A stretch of 64,000 nucleotides of DNA from Mustelus asterias. Lineage: Eukaryota. Shown one piece after another: positions 63,453 through 64,000 of the stretch (its first letter is position 1; the number at the start of each line of letters is the position of its first letter). Both the position numbers and the translations under genes were made by a program. The notes beneath the pieces were generated by a model that saw nothing but the letters and a program-made list of their open reading frames with translations, did not search any database and had not been told where the DNA came from. The DNA lies in NCBI RefSeq assembly GCF_964213995.1, contig NC_135809.1:86552001-86616000 (forward strand), in the 5' to 3' direction.

Positions 63453-63700
63453 TCAGACTTCCACAATAATTAAGTGTGTGTATCCAAAATAAGAATTTTT
63501 TTGCCGAACTGAGGAATGGCTCCTTTAACTCTATTCAGGTAAATATAGAGTTAAATAAACAGTTTTAGGTGGAAAAAAATCATTTCTTAACCCAACTCAG
63601 CATACTTTTGCAATAATTGTTTTTTGGAAAGCTGGATGATTGGTGGGCAGGGATTGGGTGAGTTGGGTTGCAAGAAACTCAATTGGAATAAAAACATTCT

Positions 63701-63825
63701 GGGTGGGATTTTCTGGCCACGCTCGCCCCAAGTCTGGAAAATCCCGCCCCAGGTCAATGGACCTTTGTATGGGCCATGTCCCGCCCGCTACATTTCCCGT
63801 GACGGGCGGGACTAAAGTTCTGCCC
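63701..63825. mobile_element. ~125-bp MITE related to 22211 and 48930
   Basis: GGGTGGGATTTT...AAAGTTCTGCCC ends; internal GAAAATCCCGCCC..GGTCAATGGA. Confidence 0.6.
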
Positions 63826-63939
63826 TTTGTCATTTGGCAAAATATTTGTTTGATTGACAGTTCTTTCAGTTTAACAGGCAATAATTTGTATTCTGCTTGA
63901 TCACCAATAGCATTCTAAATGTATTTATCATCCAATGGA

Positions 63940-64000
63940 CATAGTGGTTTGTCACTGAAATAGTAATCCAGAGGCCTAGGGTAATGCTCTGGGGATCCAG
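63940..64000 (+). mobile_element. start of a tRNA-derived SINE cut by the window edge
   Basis: ATAGTGGTTTGTCACTGAAATAGTAATCCAGAGGCCTAGG...GCTCTGGGGA. Confidence 0.5.

Overview
Eukaryotic, repeat-dominated vertebrate DNA. HE1-like V-SINEs, Deu-domain SINEs, CR1, L2, Rex1/Babar, RTE and Penelope-like elements point to a cartilaginous fish, probably a shark (inference). I cannot identify any host protein-coding gene. The window looks intronic or intergenic, with a small CpG-rich, promoter-like patch and candidate exons at about 1-2.4 kb. The long recognisable ORFs are transposon-derived: two 5'-truncated CR1 LINEs (one with an uninterrupted ~700-aa RT region), three Rex1/Babar copies, several Penelope-like (GIY-YIG) elements with minimal hammerhead ribozymes, a decayed GalEa-like Copia element, and Harbinger, hAT and pogo/Tc2 fossils and MITEs. 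The most notable structures cluster at 60.3-63.8 kb. One is a U1+U2 snRNA chimeric, SINEU-like element. The other is a TSD-flanked Penelope palindrome with a hammerhead in each arm, whose apex carries a 100%-identical 324-bp inverted copy of DNA lying ~1.7 kb downstream. Two tiny Penelope insertions near 3 kb start at the predicted ribozyme cleavage site. Family names are assigned by eye from recalled motifs, not database searches, and boundaries of old repeats are approximate.
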